Assembly: GCF_040096205.1 (NCBI RefSeq)
Contig: NZ_JBBMFD010000014.1
Location: 4,579-68,578 of the forward strand
Length of the DNA stretch: 64,000 nt
Source of the DNA: Solibaculum intestinale
GTDB lineage: Bacteria > Bacillota > Clostridia > Oscillospirales > Acutalibacteraceae
Reading direction: 5' to 3'
The notes under the pieces were generated by a model that saw nothing but the letters and a program-made list of their open reading frames with translations, was not told the origin of the DNA and searched no databases. Below, piece after piece: positions 48,826 to 59,233 of this stretch; position 1 is the first letter of the stretch, and each line of letters starts with the position of its first letter. A program made the position numbers and the translations under genes.

Positions 48826-49386
48826 TTAATTGGCTACCTTGACCATGCTGTAACGGATGACCCGGTCGCCGGTTTTATAGCCCTTCTGGAAGCACTCGAC
48901 GATTTCGCCGTCTCCCGCTTCCTCGTCCTCCACATGCATCACCGCATGATGCAAGGACGGGTCGAGCGTTTCGCCCACCGTGGGGATTTCCTCCACCTTG
49001 AGCTTTGCAAGGGCATCGAGAAACTGCTTGTGGATCATTTCCACACCCTTCTTAATGTCCTGCGCGTCCCCCTGGGCGGTCAGCGCCCGCTCCAGATTGT
49101 CAAGCGCCGGGAGAAACTCCGCAACCGTCGACGCCTTCGCGTCGTTCCAAGTAGCGTCCTTTTCCTTGGCGGTGCGTTTGCGGTAGTTGTCGTACTCCGC
49201 CGCCGTGCGCAGCAGCAGCTCCTTTTGCTCTTTGAGCTCCTTTTGCAGCTGCTCCACCTGCGCCTGCAACGGATTTTCCGCCTCAGGCTCCTTCGCCGTG
49301 TCCTGCTCCTGATTTTCCGCCGCTTTGTTTTGAACCGTCTCGTTTTCCGCGGCCTTCGTTTCCGCCTTTGCGTCTTTCTTTTTCAA
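48826..49386 (-). CDS. grpE: Nucleotide exchange factor GrpE
   Basis: GrpE coiled-coil and C-terminal beta domain. Start TTG 49386 (SD AGGTGGGA), alternatively GTG 49398. Confidence 0.9.
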   Translation of the reverse strand: MKKKDAKAETKAAENETVQNKAAENQEQDTAKEPEAENPLQAQVEQLQKELKEQKELLLRTAAEYDNYRKRTAKEKDATWNDAKASTVAEFLPALDNLERALTAQGDAQDIKKGVEMIHKQFLDALAKLKVEEIPTVGETLDPSLHHAVMHVEDEEAGDGEIVECFQKGYKTGDRVIRYSMVKVAN

Positions 49387-49401
49387 TGTGCGTCCCACCT
49401 T

Positions 49402-50463
49402 CTATGTTTGTTGTGAATCCGCTTGTGACCCGCCTCCTTCGTCCAGGTCCTCCGATAGGAGGTTGCCTAAACGCAGGGCGAAATATTCAAGGCTTGGGAT
49501 GATTTTTGAATAATTCATCCGGCTCGGTCCGATGACGCCGATGGTGCCGCCCTCCCGGCTGCCCAGCCGGTACCGGGCGATGACCACGCTCGAACCCGAC
49601 AGCTCCGGGGTGGGGCTTTCGCTTCCCAGCACCACGTTCACGCCTCCGTGGTATTGATGGAGCAACTCGGCAAGCTCCTTGCGCTTGGCTAAAAACTCCA
49701 TAAGCCGCCGTACGTGCTCCCCGTCAAACTCCGGATGGATCAGCAGGTTCGCCTGGCCTTCCAGCCGTACCTGCGCCTGTGCCGCCTCGCTCGCCGTCTC
49801 GTACAGGCCGATGAGCAGCGGGGTCATGGTGAAGGCGTGTTCCCCTAAAGACGCGGCCAGCGTCTGGACAAAGGGAAGACAGATGTCCGACAGGGGCACG
49901 CCGCAGACATGTTCGGCCGTCACCCGGCGAAACCGTTCGCACAGCTCCGGGGTAATGTCCGTGTCGGTCTTAAACAGCTTCGATTTCATCATGCCCGCCG
50001 ACGTGACCAGTAAAAGGATGGCTAGCCGCCGTCCCGCCGCGATCAGCTCGCATTTGAGAATGACCGCCGTCTCGCTTTCCGGGGTGGTGGACAATGCCGC
50101 AAACCGGGTCAGCTGCGCCAATGCCAGCGACGCGTTTTCCAAAAGCCGTTCCGGGTCGTCGGCGTGTTCCTCCAGCATTGTATCAATAAACCGGCGCTCT
50201 TCCTTTGTTACCGGGGCATGGGACATAAGCTTGTCAATATACAGCCGGTATCCTTTCGGGGACGGAATCCGCCCAGCCGAGGTGTGCGGCTGCTCCAAGA
50301 GGCCAAGCTCGGAAAGCTCAGCCATGTCGTTGCGGATGGTAGCAGAGGAAACCGCTCGGTCGAGGGCCTCCTGCAACGCTTTGGAACCAACTGGTTCGCC
50401 CGTGTTGATGTAAGCCTCGATGAGAGCGGACAGCACCTTTAATTTGCGCTCACCAAGCTCCAT
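49402..50463 (-). CDS. hrcA: Heat-inducible transcription repressor HrcA
   Basis: HrcA N-terminal wHTH (LSALIEAYINTGEPVGSKAL). Start ATG 50463 after GGAGGT, 23 nt downstream of CIRCE. Confidence 0.9.
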   Translation of the reverse strand: MELGERKLKVLSALIEAYINTGEPVGSKALQEALDRAVSSATIRNDMAELSELGLLEQPHTSAGRIPSPKGYRLYIDKLMSHAPVTKEERRFIDTMLEEHADDPERLLENASLALAQLTRFAALSTTPESETAVILKCELIAAGRRLAILLLVTSAGMMKSKLFKTDTDITPELCERFRRVTAEHVCGVPLSDICLPFVQTLAASLGEHAFTMTPLLIGLYETASEAAQAQVRLEGQANLLIHPEFDGEHVRRLMEFLAKRKELAELLHQYHGGVNVVLGSESPTPELSGSSVVIARYRLGSREGGTIGVIGPSRMNYSKIIPSLEYFALRLGNLLSEDLDEGGGSQADSQQT

Positions 50464-50485
50464 GGTTACAAACCTCCAGACTGTT

Positions 50486-50512
50486 TTAGCACTCAATAAC
50501 TTAGAGTGCTAA
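50486..50512. promoter_or_regulatory. CIRCE operator (TTAGCACTC-N9-GAGTGCTAA), perfect consensus
   Basis: Exact 9-N9-9 inverted repeat immediately upstream of hrcA. Confidence 0.9.
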
Positions 50513-50522
50513 TCTGAGTATT

Positions 50523-50551
50523 AATTTACCATTCCCGTTCTTCTTTGTCAA
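50523..50551 (-). promoter_or_regulatory. hrcA operon promoter (TTGACA-17-TAAATT)
   Basis: On the minus strand just upstream of CIRCE. Confidence 0.45.
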
Positions 50552-50631
50552 GAGGCCATTTGTAAATACTTTATGTACAAACGAAAAAAGGCGGCCACCC
50601 CGGTATGGGGCGGCCGCCTTTGGCATGTTCT

Positions 50632-52161
50632 TTAAACAAGGGCATAGAAGAGGGCGCTGCCGAAGGAGAAAAGCCCCACCAGAAAAACGCATGCATACTG
50701 GGGCCAGCGGATGGGTCGTTTCGCCCGCTCGGTTATCATTTGCCCGGCCAGCGCCAGGAAGAACCCGCCGCATAAAATGGCCGACGCCATATACCGCACG
50801 TCCATGGTACAGGCGTGAGGCATTTGAAAGCAGAAGTTTAAGTAAGAGGCTGCTTGCAGCAGCACGTTCCCGGCAAGCAGGGCCAGCGGGAGCCGAGGGC
50901 CCCGACCGAACCCTTTGACAAGGCAATAGACAAACGCCGCTGCAATCAGCAAAAGCATCGCCAGGTTTGCATAGACGAGAACCCAGGCGAAGGGGGCGAG
51001 GGCCTGGTAGCTGGCCTCGCCGAAGAGGGAGTTCTTGACCACGTACATGGGGATGTTGTAATCGTCCGCCACCGACACGTAGGGAGAGCCGGTGAACTGG
51101 TCAAAAGGCAGGGAAAAGAGCCGCTGGAAAACGGAATAGTTGCCCACATACTGAAAGCTGTCCTCCGGCAGCATGGGTACGTAGCCGAAGGGCTGGCCGA
51201 AGCGCAGAAAATTGCGCACCGAGTACCATAGCCCCAGCGGCGCGCATACCGCCCCAAAGGCCGCGAACTGGCCCACCAAGCGTCCCTTTTTCCTCGATTT
51301 GAGAAACCCATACAGCAGCACGGGCGCCACCAAAATCGCCACAATGCCGCAGGAGAGCTTGGTCATCATGCCAAGCCCGATGCACAGCGCCAGCAGCAGG
51401 ATGTTGCCGAAGGTCTGCCGATAGTACCACCGGATGGTAAACAAAACGGTAAGCAGGAAGAACAGGAGCATTAGAATGTCGTTGTTGATGCCGCTGCTCA
51501 TGTAGAGCATGGTGGGGTGGAAGGCGGCGAAGAGAAGGGCGCACAGCTGAAAAACCGGGGAAAGACGGAAATAGGCGAGAATCTTTTGAAGCACCACTAA
51601 AATCGCCATGGAGTAGAAGACGGTCAGAAGCTGGATGTTTTCCACGCACCGTTCCACCGAGAAACCCAAAAGCAGCCCCGCCTTGACCCACAGGGCTGAG
51701 ATTATATGATGAAGGGGCGGCTGGTAGAACTGCCAGTCGTCGCTCTGAGGAAGGGTTCCCTCTTCCCAGAGAAGCTGCATGTATCCCAAGTGCCCCTGAC
51801 CGCCCAAGCCCTCCACGTCGTGCTGGCGGATGGTATAAGGCGTAGCGGCCATGTAAAGAATACGGAGGAACAAGGCCCCCGCCAGCATGAGAAACACCGC
51901 CTGCTGCAAGGTAAGCTTGCCCGACAGGTACCGGGCCGCCCCCACGCAGGCGGCCGTCCCTACCAGAAGCAGCAGCACGGCCCGCCAGACGGCGCTTTGA
52001 AACAAGGTGATTTGGCTCTGGTCGAAGAAGAAAAAGAGCAAAAGGAGAATCCCGCCCGTCGCCGCCAGAAAGGGGGCGAAGCGGATGGACGGGGGAGAAC
52101 CGATGGCAGTGTGCGGATTCAACAGACCGCCTCCTTGCGTCGTCAGATGGATTCGGGCCAT
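50632..52161 (-). CDS. Polytopic membrane glycosyltransferase, GT39/ArnT-like (PMT_2 type)
   Basis: About 12 TM helices and an ArnT/PMT-like N-terminal loop. Start uncertain. Confidence 0.55.
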   Translation of the reverse strand: MARIHLTTQGGGLLNPHTAIGSPPSIRFAPFLAATGGILLLLFFFFDQSQITLFQSAVWRAVLLLLVGTAACVGAARYLSGKLTLQQAVFLMLAGALFLRILYMAATPYTIRQHDVEGLGGQGHLGYMQLLWEEGTLPQSDDWQFYQPPLHHIISALWVKAGLLLGFSVERCVENIQLLTVFYSMAILVVLQKILAYFRLSPVFQLCALLFAAFHPTMLYMSSGINNDILMLLFFLLTVLFTIRWYYRQTFGNILLLALCIGLGMMTKLSCGIVAILVAPVLLYGFLKSRKKGRLVGQFAAFGAVCAPLGLWYSVRNFLRFGQPFGYVPMLPEDSFQYVGNYSVFQRLFSLPFDQFTGSPYVSVADDYNIPMYVVKNSLFGEASYQALAPFAWVLVYANLAMLLLIAAAFVYCLVKGFGRGPRLPLALLAGNVLLQAASYLNFCFQMPHACTMDVRYMASAILCGGFFLALAGQMITERAKRPIRWPQYACVFLVGLFSFGSALFYALV

Positions 52162-52412
52162 TTTGACCCGTCAGGATACGGACAGGACAGGCCCTTCTTT
52201 CTTGCCCGCACCAGCACGAAACAGCCGCAGTACCGGCAGGCCCCGTCAAAGAGGGCGCCGCACTTCTGACAGACTTTCAGCCTCGCCTGATAGGCCTCGT
52301 CGCTTACACACCGTTCCTCGGGCAGGGAAGCGGCGTATTCTTCCACCGTCCGGCGGAAGGCTTCCCCGTCCGTCCGTTCCAGGCAGCGGGGGCAGGGGAC
52401 CGGATGGGTCAT
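52143..52412 (-). CDS. Small Cys-rich (putative zinc-ribbon) protein, translationally coupled between abfA and the GT39 gene
   Basis: 89 aa with CPRC…CQKC…CRYCGC. The 4-nt ATGA overlap with the abfA stop is the only start-site support; no SD at the start was checked. Overlaps the downstream GT39 start. Confidence 0.45.
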   Translation of the reverse strand: MTHPVPCPRCLERTDGEAFRRTVEEYAASLPEERCVSDEAYQARLKVCQKCGALFDGACRYCGCFVLVRARKKGLSCPYPDGSKWPESI

Positions 52413-53884
52413 CGGACCGTCACCACCGCCACCGATTTGGCCGGCAGGGTGAAGGATAGGACGTCCTCATTTAAGGTTACGGGAAGAGACATCGGCTTAA
52501 CCGTTTCGCCCGCCTCAAAATCGTTGCCGGCGTTCATGGCATGTGCCGTGAGCACCCGGCCGGCGGCTTCCTGCACCGCTTTGCCCCGAAGTTCACAGGT
52601 AACCGATTCGCTTTCATTGGGACTCAGGTTGCACAAAGTCAGGTTTACAGCCCCGTCCTCCGCCAAGGAGGAGGAAACGCTTACCTTGGGCAAGGTAATT
52701 TCCCCGAAGGTATAGTCGGGCGTCTGCACCGCCGCGTCAAGGAGCTTCGCATCCTGATGGACGGCGTACATTTCGATTACGTAATAGGTGGGCGTGCGGA
52801 CCATTTTCGCCCCGTCGGTGAGGATGGGAGCCTGAAGGACGTTGACCAGCTGGGCGATGTTCGCCATCTGTACCCGGCGGCTGTGGCGGTTGAAAATGTT
52901 CAGAGACAGCCCCGCCAGCACCGCGTCGCGCATAGTATTGCGCTGGTAGAGGAAGCCGCGGACGGTGCCCGGCTCCTCGTCGTGCCAGGCGCCCCACTCG
53001 TCCACCAGCAGGCCGATGCGGTTTTGGGGGTCGTATTCGTCCATGATGGCGGTGTGCCGGACGATTTCTTCCTCGATTCCCGCCGCGTCTTTGAGCATTT
53101 CGGCCCATTCGGCTTCCCCGAACTGGGTGGCAGACCGGTTCTTTTTATTATAGGAGTAATAATGCAGCGTCAGCCCGTCCATAAAAGGGGCCGCTTCCCG
53201 CATGAGAACTCTCGTCCACTCATAATCGCCCCGGTTGGGACCACAGGCGATTTTATAGAGCTTATTGTCCCCATAATTGAGGCAATAGGTAGAGAACCGG
53301 CGGTACAGGTCTGCGTAATACTGGGGCCGCATGAAGCCGCCGCAGCCCCAGTTTTCATTGCCCACACCGAAATACTTTACCTTCCACGGTTCCTTGCGGC
53401 CGTTTTCCTCCCGAAGCTTCGCCATGGGGGATACCCCGTCAAAGGTCATGTACTCGATCCATTCCTGCATTTCCTGAACCGTGCCGCTGCCTACGTTGCC
53501 GTTGATATAGGGCTCGCATCCCAGCTGCCTGCACAGCTCGAAGAACTCGTGGGTGCCGAAGGAATTGTCCTCCACCATTCCGCCCCAGTGGACGTTGATC
53601 ATCTTTTTGCGGGACTCTTTGGGTCCGATTCCGTCCTTCCAATGGTAGGTATCCGCAAAGCAGCCGCCCGGCCAGCGTAGCACCGGGATCTTCATTTGTT
53701 TGAGCGCCTCCACCACGTCGGTGCGCATACCGTTGCGGTTTGGAATCTGGGAATTCTCGCCCACATAAAGTCCTTCGTAGATACAGCGGCCCAGGTGCTC
53801 GGCAAACTGGCCGTACAGGTTGCGGTTGATGGTGTGCTGAGGCTGGTCGGCGTTGATGGTAAGGATCGCCATAGTGTCATCCAT
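52409..53884 (-). CDS. abfA: Alpha-L-arabinofuranosidase, GH51
   Basis: GH51 catalytic region ([22 protein letters not shown]). Alternative start at M5 (53872) has better SD spacing. Confidence 0.9.
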   Translation of the reverse strand: MDDTMAILTINADQPQHTINRNLYGQFAEHLGRCIYEGLYVGENSQIPNRNGMRTDVVEALKQMKIPVLRWPGGCFADTYHWKDGIGPKESRKKMINVHWGGMVEDNSFGTHEFFELCRQLGCEPYINGNVGSGTVQEMQEWIEYMTFDGVSPMAKLREENGRKEPWKVKYFGVGNENWGCGGFMRPQYYADLYRRFSTYCLNYGDNKLYKIACGPNRGDYEWTRVLMREAAPFMDGLTLHYYSYNKKNRSATQFGEAEWAEMLKDAAGIEEEIVRHTAIMDEYDPQNRIGLLVDEWGAWHDEEPGTVRGFLYQRNTMRDAVLAGLSLNIFNRHSRRVQMANIAQLVNVLQAPILTDGAKMVRTPTYYVIEMYAVHQDAKLLDAAVQTPDYTFGEITLPKVSVSSSLAEDGAVNLTLCNLSPNESESVTCELRGKAVQEAAGRVLTAHAMNAGNDFEAGETVKPMSLPVTLNEDVLSFTLPAKSVAVVTVR

Positions 53885-53991
53885 CCTTTGTGTGAATCGT
53901 TATTTTTATAAGGAGAACCTGGAAAGAGCCGGAGCCTTTCGTCCCCGTGCCACCGGGAGAAGATTTTCTCGCTCCAAAACCTTTTTTGCCT

Positions 53992-56292
53992 TTATAGGCT
54001 CATGAGGGAAAGGTCGATTTGATATTCCGGGGAAAGCTGCGCTTGCTCGATGCGGCAAGCCACGCCGTTTTCCAGCTTGGGCGGGCAGTCAAAGAAAATG
54101 TCGTCCCCTTCCCGGTAGGCGGTGATTTCCAGGCGCACATCTGTGTCCCCTTTGATCTCAAAGCGGGATAAGCCAATGTCCCACACCCCGTCAATGTAAT
54201 AGGTGTCTGCCGCCAGGGCGCCGTCTAAGTAAAGCCGCGCCTCGCTGCCGGCCCAATGAAGCTGCAAAAACAGGTCGTGAATGCCCTTCGGCTCGCAGGA
54301 GATGGTTACCTTCCAGGTCCGTACGTTTTCCTTCATGCAGGGTATCTCTTCCAGACGGAGCTGGGTTTCTACCGGTGTAAGCGCCAGGGAATGCCGATAA
54401 TACCCGGTAGCGGGGTCGGTTCCTTGGCAGGTTACCTGTACGCCGTCGGTTTTTACCTGAGGCGGCAGGGCATGAGGGGTACACACCGCCGTGAACGCCG
54501 TCCGAGAAAAGAGGGCGGCGGTTTCCCCGTCGTCTATGACAAGGCCCGGGAAGAAAATCGCCTGGCCGTTTGACAGAAAGGAAAGAGTCAGCGCCGCCTC
54601 ATAGGGCAGGCAGCGCAGCCGCACGGTCCCGGATTTCCCTTTTAGGGTGGCGGCCATCGCCTTTTTCGGATCGGACACAGACAAAACAAGCAAATCCTCC
54701 GCCTTGTCCTGCACCCCGTTTTCCAGCGCCGTTACGGTAACACCTTTGAGCGCAAACTGCCCGGGAATCCCCTGCGGCGTGAAAAAGAGATATTCAGGCG
54801 TATCGTCCACCACCGTGCGCCCAATCGGCTGGGCGGTGGCCCAAGGAAGGGACACCCCGTCCAAAGACAGCCCGAAGGGAAGGATGGCCCGGCAGCCGTT
54901 TGAAAGGGTCAGGTCCGGGAACGTTACGGGTCCGATCTTGGTTTGCAGGGCAATGGAAAGAACCTTTTGGGTCATGACTCGTTTGCGCTGGTAGTTGTTG
55001 AGAAAGAGAAAGCCGCTTTTCCCGTCCGTTTGGATGGACAGGCGCGGCGTATCCATGTCCTCCGCTTCCTTAGAGTTGACAGGCGGGATCACCGTTTCCA
55101 TCGCAGTCAGCGCGCCGCCGAACTCTTTGAGGAAAAAATGCAGCAGTTTACAGGTGTGATACGCGTCGTTTGCCTGGCCGAACTCGCCAAGCGGCGCCTG
55201 AAAATCGTAGCTGAGCTTGGGGTAGTTGTTGTTGCCGCCGGTCTGGCGGGATTCCTCGAAAGAGGAACGGCGCCCCATGGGATTCGTGCCCCCATGGTAC
55301 ATGTAATATCCTACCAGGTTGACCCCGGAAGCAAGCTTCGATAAAATCATGGCCTGGGTGTCGTCCCCGGTGACCTTGATGCGGCGATGATGAGTGGGCA
55401 TCAGGCCGCCCCCCAGCTCCGCCGTGGAGAAGGGATAACGCGCAATGTCGCAGGTAAAGCCGTCGTCGTCCGCCTCCCGAAAGTCGGAGGCGATGGCAGT
55501 ATCGTTGAGAAAGGGTTCGATCAAATAGTTGACGTTGGCGGGCAGCTCATTGGTATGCTGGGTCCAGGGCGCTTCTACATAGCCGCCCAGCACCGGCAGC
55601 ATCTCGTCGTCCACCACGATACCGCCGCCCCAGGCCGTCGCCGTGTAAAAAGGAACGGCAAAGCCCTCCTCCACGGCGATCCGCTTGAGGGTGCGCAGAT
55701 GCTCTTTTCCCGCTTCGCCCGTCAGGCCGCCCACATGGCCGTACTCGTTTTCCAGCTGCACCCCGATAATGGGGCCGCCCTGGGAGAAGAGCAGGCCGTC
55801 CACCTGCTTATAAATGTTGTGATAAAAGCCACGCACACAGTAAAAATAGCCCTCGTTGTTCTCTCGCAGCGGAAAAGGCTTTTTCATAAGCCAGTCGGGA
55901 AACCCGCCGTTGCGGCATTCCCCATGGACCCAGGGCCCGATGCGAAGGAGCAGGGAAAGCCCGTGTCTGCCGCAAAGGGCTACAAACCGGCGCAGGTCTT
56001 TGTTCCCGCTCCAGTCCCACTGGCCCTCAATTTCCTCGTGGTGAATCCAGAATACATAAGTGGCCACCACGTTAATTCCGCCGGCTTTCATCTTCAAGAA
56101 CTCTTCCTCCCAGCGATTGCAGGGAAAACGGGAAAAGTGAAATTCGCCCATAACCGGGAACCAGGGCTTGCCGTTTTTCTCAAAATAACCGCTGTTGGCC
56201 GATAAGGTTTCCCCCTTGGGCGACATGCCCAGAAAGGGGAGCGGAGTCGTCTTTTTGGCTTCATAGCCGGATACATCCAAGGACAGACGCAT
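53992..56292 (-). CDS. Beta-galactosidase, GH35
   Basis: GH35 signature GGPIIGVQLENEYG and TIM-barrel N-terminal half plus C-terminal beta domains. Start ATG 56292 after GGAGGGAG. Confidence 0.85.
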   Translation of the reverse strand: MRLSLDVSGYEAKKTTPLPFLGMSPKGETLSANSGYFEKNGKPWFPVMGEFHFSRFPCNRWEEEFLKMKAGGINVVATYVFWIHHEEIEGQWDWSGNKDLRRFVALCGRHGLSLLLRIGPWVHGECRNGGFPDWLMKKPFPLRENNEGYFYCVRGFYHNIYKQVDGLLFSQGGPIIGVQLENEYGHVGGLTGEAGKEHLRTLKRIAVEEGFAVPFYTATAWGGGIVVDDEMLPVLGGYVEAPWTQHTNELPANVNYLIEPFLNDTAIASDFREADDDGFTCDIARYPFSTAELGGGLMPTHHRRIKVTGDDTQAMILSKLASGVNLVGYYMYHGGTNPMGRRSSFEESRQTGGNNNYPKLSYDFQAPLGEFGQANDAYHTCKLLHFFLKEFGGALTAMETVIPPVNSKEAEDMDTPRLSIQTDGKSGFLFLNNYQRKRVMTQKVLSIALQTKIGPVTFPDLTLSNGCRAILPFGLSLDGVSLPWATAQPIGRTVVDDTPEYLFFTPQGIPGQFALKGVTVTALENGVQDKAEDLLVLSVSDPKKAMAATLKGKSGTVRLRCLPYEAALTLSFLSNGQAIFFPGLVIDDGETAALFSRTAFTAVCTPHALPPQVKTDGVQVTCQGTDPATGYYRHSLALTPVETQLRLEEIPCMKENVRTWKVTISCEPKGIHDLFLQLHWAGSEARLYLDGALAADTYYIDGVWDIGLSRFEIKGDTDVRLEITAYREGDDIFFDCPPKLENGVACRIEQAQLSPEYQIDLSLMSL

Positions 56293-56433
56293 GATTTCTC
56301 CCTCCATAGAAGGCTTCATTTGCAAAATCGACTCAAACGCCGATGCTACGCTCATTTTACCAGCATGTTCCTACCCGCGCAAGGGGCCAAAACACAAAAG
56401 ATTTCCTTTTCCTTGGAAGTGTTTCTTTTGGGT

Positions 56434-56462
56434 TTGACGACGGGACAAAGGCGCGGTACAAT
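56434..56462 (+). promoter_or_regulatory. Promoter TTGACG-17-TACAAT upstream of the DUF2461 gene
   Basis: Read in the sequence. Confidence 0.45.
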
Positions 56463-56497
56463 AAAGCAGCAACCCCCAACGAAAGGAGCGAACACAT

Positions 56498-57187
56498 ATG
56501 GAAAAAACCGCGCCCTTTTCCGGCTTTACACAGGACACCATCGACTTTTTGTGGAACCTGCGGCTCAACAACAACCGCGCCTGGTTTGAGGAGCATAAGG
56601 CGGAGTACCGCCGGCATCTTTTCGATCCCTTCACCAGCCTTTCTAAGGAACTGACTGAATTTGTGTCCGGGCTTGACCCGAATCGTCTCTTCAACGTGCG
56701 TATTTCCCGCATTTATAAGGACATGCGTTATTACCACGGCGACGCGATTTACCAGGACCATCTGTGGACAGCGCCCAAGCCCGCCGTGGAGAACTGGAAG
56801 ACGGTTCCCATGTTTTACTTCCAGTTAAGGCCCGAGGCCTACGAATACGGCATGGGGTATTTTGACGCCGCCGCCGAAACCATGGATGCCCTGCGCGCCC
56901 GCATCGACGCGAATCCCGCCGAGTTTGAAGCGGTGCGAAAGGCGGCCGAAAAGGCGGATGCCTTTGCGATGCTCGGTTATCTTTATAAAAAGAAATACGC
57001 TGGAAAACCGCCCGAAATCGCCCAGTGGTACCAGCGCAAGGAGCTTTACTTCCAGGCGACCCGTCCCATTGATGAGAAGGTTTTTTCCCGGGCGTTGCTC
57101 GAACAGGTAAAGGCAGATTTTACCTCCATCCTGCCCGTGTATCAATACCTGTGGTCTCTTTGCCCCCAGGAAAAGGTGAGCCGATGA
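56498..57187 (+). CDS. DUF2461 (TIGR02453) family protein
   Basis: Conserved FLWNLRLNNNRAWFEEHKAEY…RIYKDMRY pattern. Confidence 0.8.
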   Translation: MEKTAPFSGFTQDTIDFLWNLRLNNNRAWFEEHKAEYRRHLFDPFTSLSKELTEFVSGLDPNRLFNVRISRIYKDMRYYHGDAIYQDHLWTAPKPAVENWKTVPMFYFQLRPEAYEYGMGYFDAAAETMDALRARIDANPAEFEAVRKAAEKADAFAMLGYLYKKKYAGKPPEIAQWYQRKELYFQATRPIDEKVFSRALLEQVKADFTSILPVYQYLWSLCPQEKVSR

Positions 57188-57969
57188 GACGAAGAAAAAC
57201 GCCGGTTTTGCGTGCCCTTCTGGTCGTTCTGGACCTGCTGCTTCTTCTCTGGTGCGCGTCCCCGATTTTCAGCGGGGTGTGGCACGTGGGGATGACCGGG
57301 GCCGCGGCGGCAGAACTTGCCGTATTGGTGGTATTGTTGTTCTGGCCCGGCTTTAAAAGGCTTGTTTGCGCCGTCTGGTCCAAATGGGCGGGGAAGGCGG
57401 CTCTTTGCGCCCTCGGCGTTGTTCTTGCCGCGGGAATCGGGACATGCCTGGTATTTACCGGGCAGATGCTCTATGCCGCTTATGGAGGCCCTGCCCCCCA
57501 GAGCCACACGGTGGTCATTCTCGGTGCGAAAGTGGACCCAGCCGGGCAGCCTTCCGCCGCCCTTGCCGCCCGGTTGGATTTGGGCGCTGCCTATCTGCAG
57601 GAGCACCCGGACGCGGTGTGCCTGGTGACCGGAGGCCAGGGAGCCAACGAACCGGTCAGCGAGGCGAAGGCCATGCAGGCGTACCTGTCCGCCAAGGGGA
57701 TCGACCCGTCCCGCATTTTGCTGGAGGACCGGGCGACCGATACCCGGGAAAACCTTTCCTACTGTGCCGCCATCCTCAAAGAGCAGGGCCTTTCCAGCCA
57801 GATCGTGCTGGTGACCGACGGGTACCACCAGTGGCGTTCTCAGATGCTTGCCAGGGAAGCGGGCCTTTCGCCCCAGCCGCTGGCAAACGCCACCCGGTTT
57901 GATATGCTGCCGGGCTATTGGGTGCGAGAGTGGTTCGCCCTGGCGGAATATCTCTTTTTAGGCGGCTGA
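57184..57969 (+). CDS. DUF218 / YdcF-like (ElyC/SanA family) membrane-anchored protein
   Basis: N-terminal TM helices and the DUF218 core (VVILGAKV…GQGANEPVSEA…ATDTRENL). ATGA overlap with the upstream gene. Confidence 0.8.
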   Translation: MRRRKTPVLRALLVVLDLLLLLWCASPIFSGVWHVGMTGAAAAELAVLVVLLFWPGFKRLVCAVWSKWAGKAALCALGVVLAAGIGTCLVFTGQMLYAAYGGPAPQSHTVVILGAKVDPAGQPSAALAARLDLGAAYLQEHPDAVCLVTGGQGANEPVSEAKAMQAYLSAKGIDPSRILLEDRATDTRENLSYCAAILKEQGLSSQIVLVTDGYHQWRSQMLAREAGLSPQPLANATRFDMLPGYWVREWFALAEYLFLGG

Positions 57970-58014
57970 CCGGCAAAGAAGCATATAGAAAAACCTGTCT
58001 GTTTCAAGCGAGAA

Positions 58015-58050
58015 GGAGGGGGCTGACGTAGCGTCAGCCCCCTCCTTTTC
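58015..58050 (+). terminator. Intrinsic terminator (GGAGGGGGCTGACG-TAGC-GTCAGCCCCCTCC + T-run)
   Basis: Perfect 13-bp stem and U-tract. Confidence 0.75.
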
Positions 58051-58129
58051 CTACAAAACCAGCCGATGCCGATAGGGATGCCTTTGCGCCTGCACTTGGC
58101 AAGGCCTAATAAGCGCCGGGGCAATCGGT

Positions 58130-59233
58130 TCAACTCTGCGGGTACCCGATCTTCAAAGACATCCCTTCCACCGCAACCCCGGGGCTTCTGGTGATGGGAA
58201 GCTTCTGCTCGGCGGAAAACCCGATGGTTTCCCCGTCACGAAGGACCACGTCCTGTGCCAGCACGTAATAGGACAGGTCAAAGAGAAAGTCCCGCAGGTC
58301 GCCCGGGCTTGCCGGCGTGTCCAGCACCTCGATTTCGTCCTTTCCGAAGGCATTAAGGCCGTAGGTATAGCCGCAGATCCCGTTTTCCGTGCGGTATAGC
58401 CCGAAGTAGACCCAGTTGAGCAGAGGCAGTTCCCCTTCCTTCATGGTATCAGCCGCCTGCAGGTAAAAGCCCGGCTCGAACACCGTCCCGCAGGCGTAGA
58501 CGCCGAGGGCATTCTCCTGCTTTAAGCAGGCGGCGGTGACCTTGACCCAAAGCCTGGCGATTTCCTGTGCACAACGCTCCTTGCCAAGCACCGCCACCAG
58601 AAGGTGGGCCTGGTGGGTCTTGGTCACCTCCACCGCTTGGGGCCACAGATAATTGGTGGCGGCGTTTTGTTCCGCCTCGCCGCCGGGGACCGGGGCGGGC
58701 ATCAGGCTGACCGCTGCCATCATTCCGTCCACGTCGAAAACCAGACTGTCCCCGCTCTCATCGCCGGCCGCTTCGCCCGGTTCCTGGGAGCAGGAAATCC
58801 CCCAATCCGCAAGCAGGTCCGCCTTGTATTTCTCCGGGTCCCACCGGGCGCTTTCCAACAGCACAAAGCTGGCAAAGGGGCCAGTTTCCCGTTCCTCCGG
58901 CTCCTGGGAGGCCTGTCTGGCCTGCTCCATCCAATATTCCCGGATCTTTTCCACCATGGCCGTGGCCTTCTCCTTGGCGGTCGCGGGATCGTAGGCTTCC
59001 ATTTCGCTGAACACATGTCCGCAATGCTGGGATTCTCCTGGCTCATACCCGCCGCATATCCCCAGCAGCCAGGGACCTAAAACGGATTTTTTGTACTTAA
59101 AGATATAATAGTGCAAATTATGCAGGTCGAATTCGCCCGCCAGCTCGAGTTTTACCGGGGCTTTTCCCAGCTCCTGCGGATGGGAAAGCCATGCGGCCAT
59201 TGCGTCTTTCGCGGCGCTTTGCTGTTCATTCAT
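58130..59233 (-). CDS. Conserved hypothetical protein (DUF4026-like C-terminal region)
   Basis: 367-aa soluble protein with no catalytic motifs recognised. SD AGGAAGG. About 150-nt leader. Confidence 0.55.
   Translation of the reverse strand: MNEQQSAAKDAMAAWLSHPQELGKAPVKLELAGEFDLHNLHYYIFKYKKSVLGPWLLGICGGYEPGESQHCGHVFSEMEAYDPATAKEKATAMVEKIREYWMEQARQASQEPEERETGPFASFVLLESARWDPEKYKADLLADWGISCSQEPGEAAGDESGDSLVFDVDGMMAAVSLMPAPVPGGEAEQNAATNYLWPQAVEVTKTHQAHLLVAVLGKERCAQEIARLWVKVTAACLKQENALGVYACGTVFEPGFYLQAADTMKEGELPLLNWVYFGLYRTENGICGYTYGLNAFGKDEIEVLDTPASPGDLRDFLFDLSYYVLAQDVVLRDGETIGFSAEQKLPITRSPGVAVEGMSLKIGYPQS

Noticed and set aside
51101-52249. 382-aa minus-strand alternative-frame ORF within the GT39-like gene
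   Set aside because: Arg/Gly/Pro-rich frame-shifted translation of the same strand. The membrane-protein frame is coherent.
52541-53680. 379-aa plus-strand ORF inside abfA
   Set aside because: Antisense to GH51 with clear catalytic motifs.
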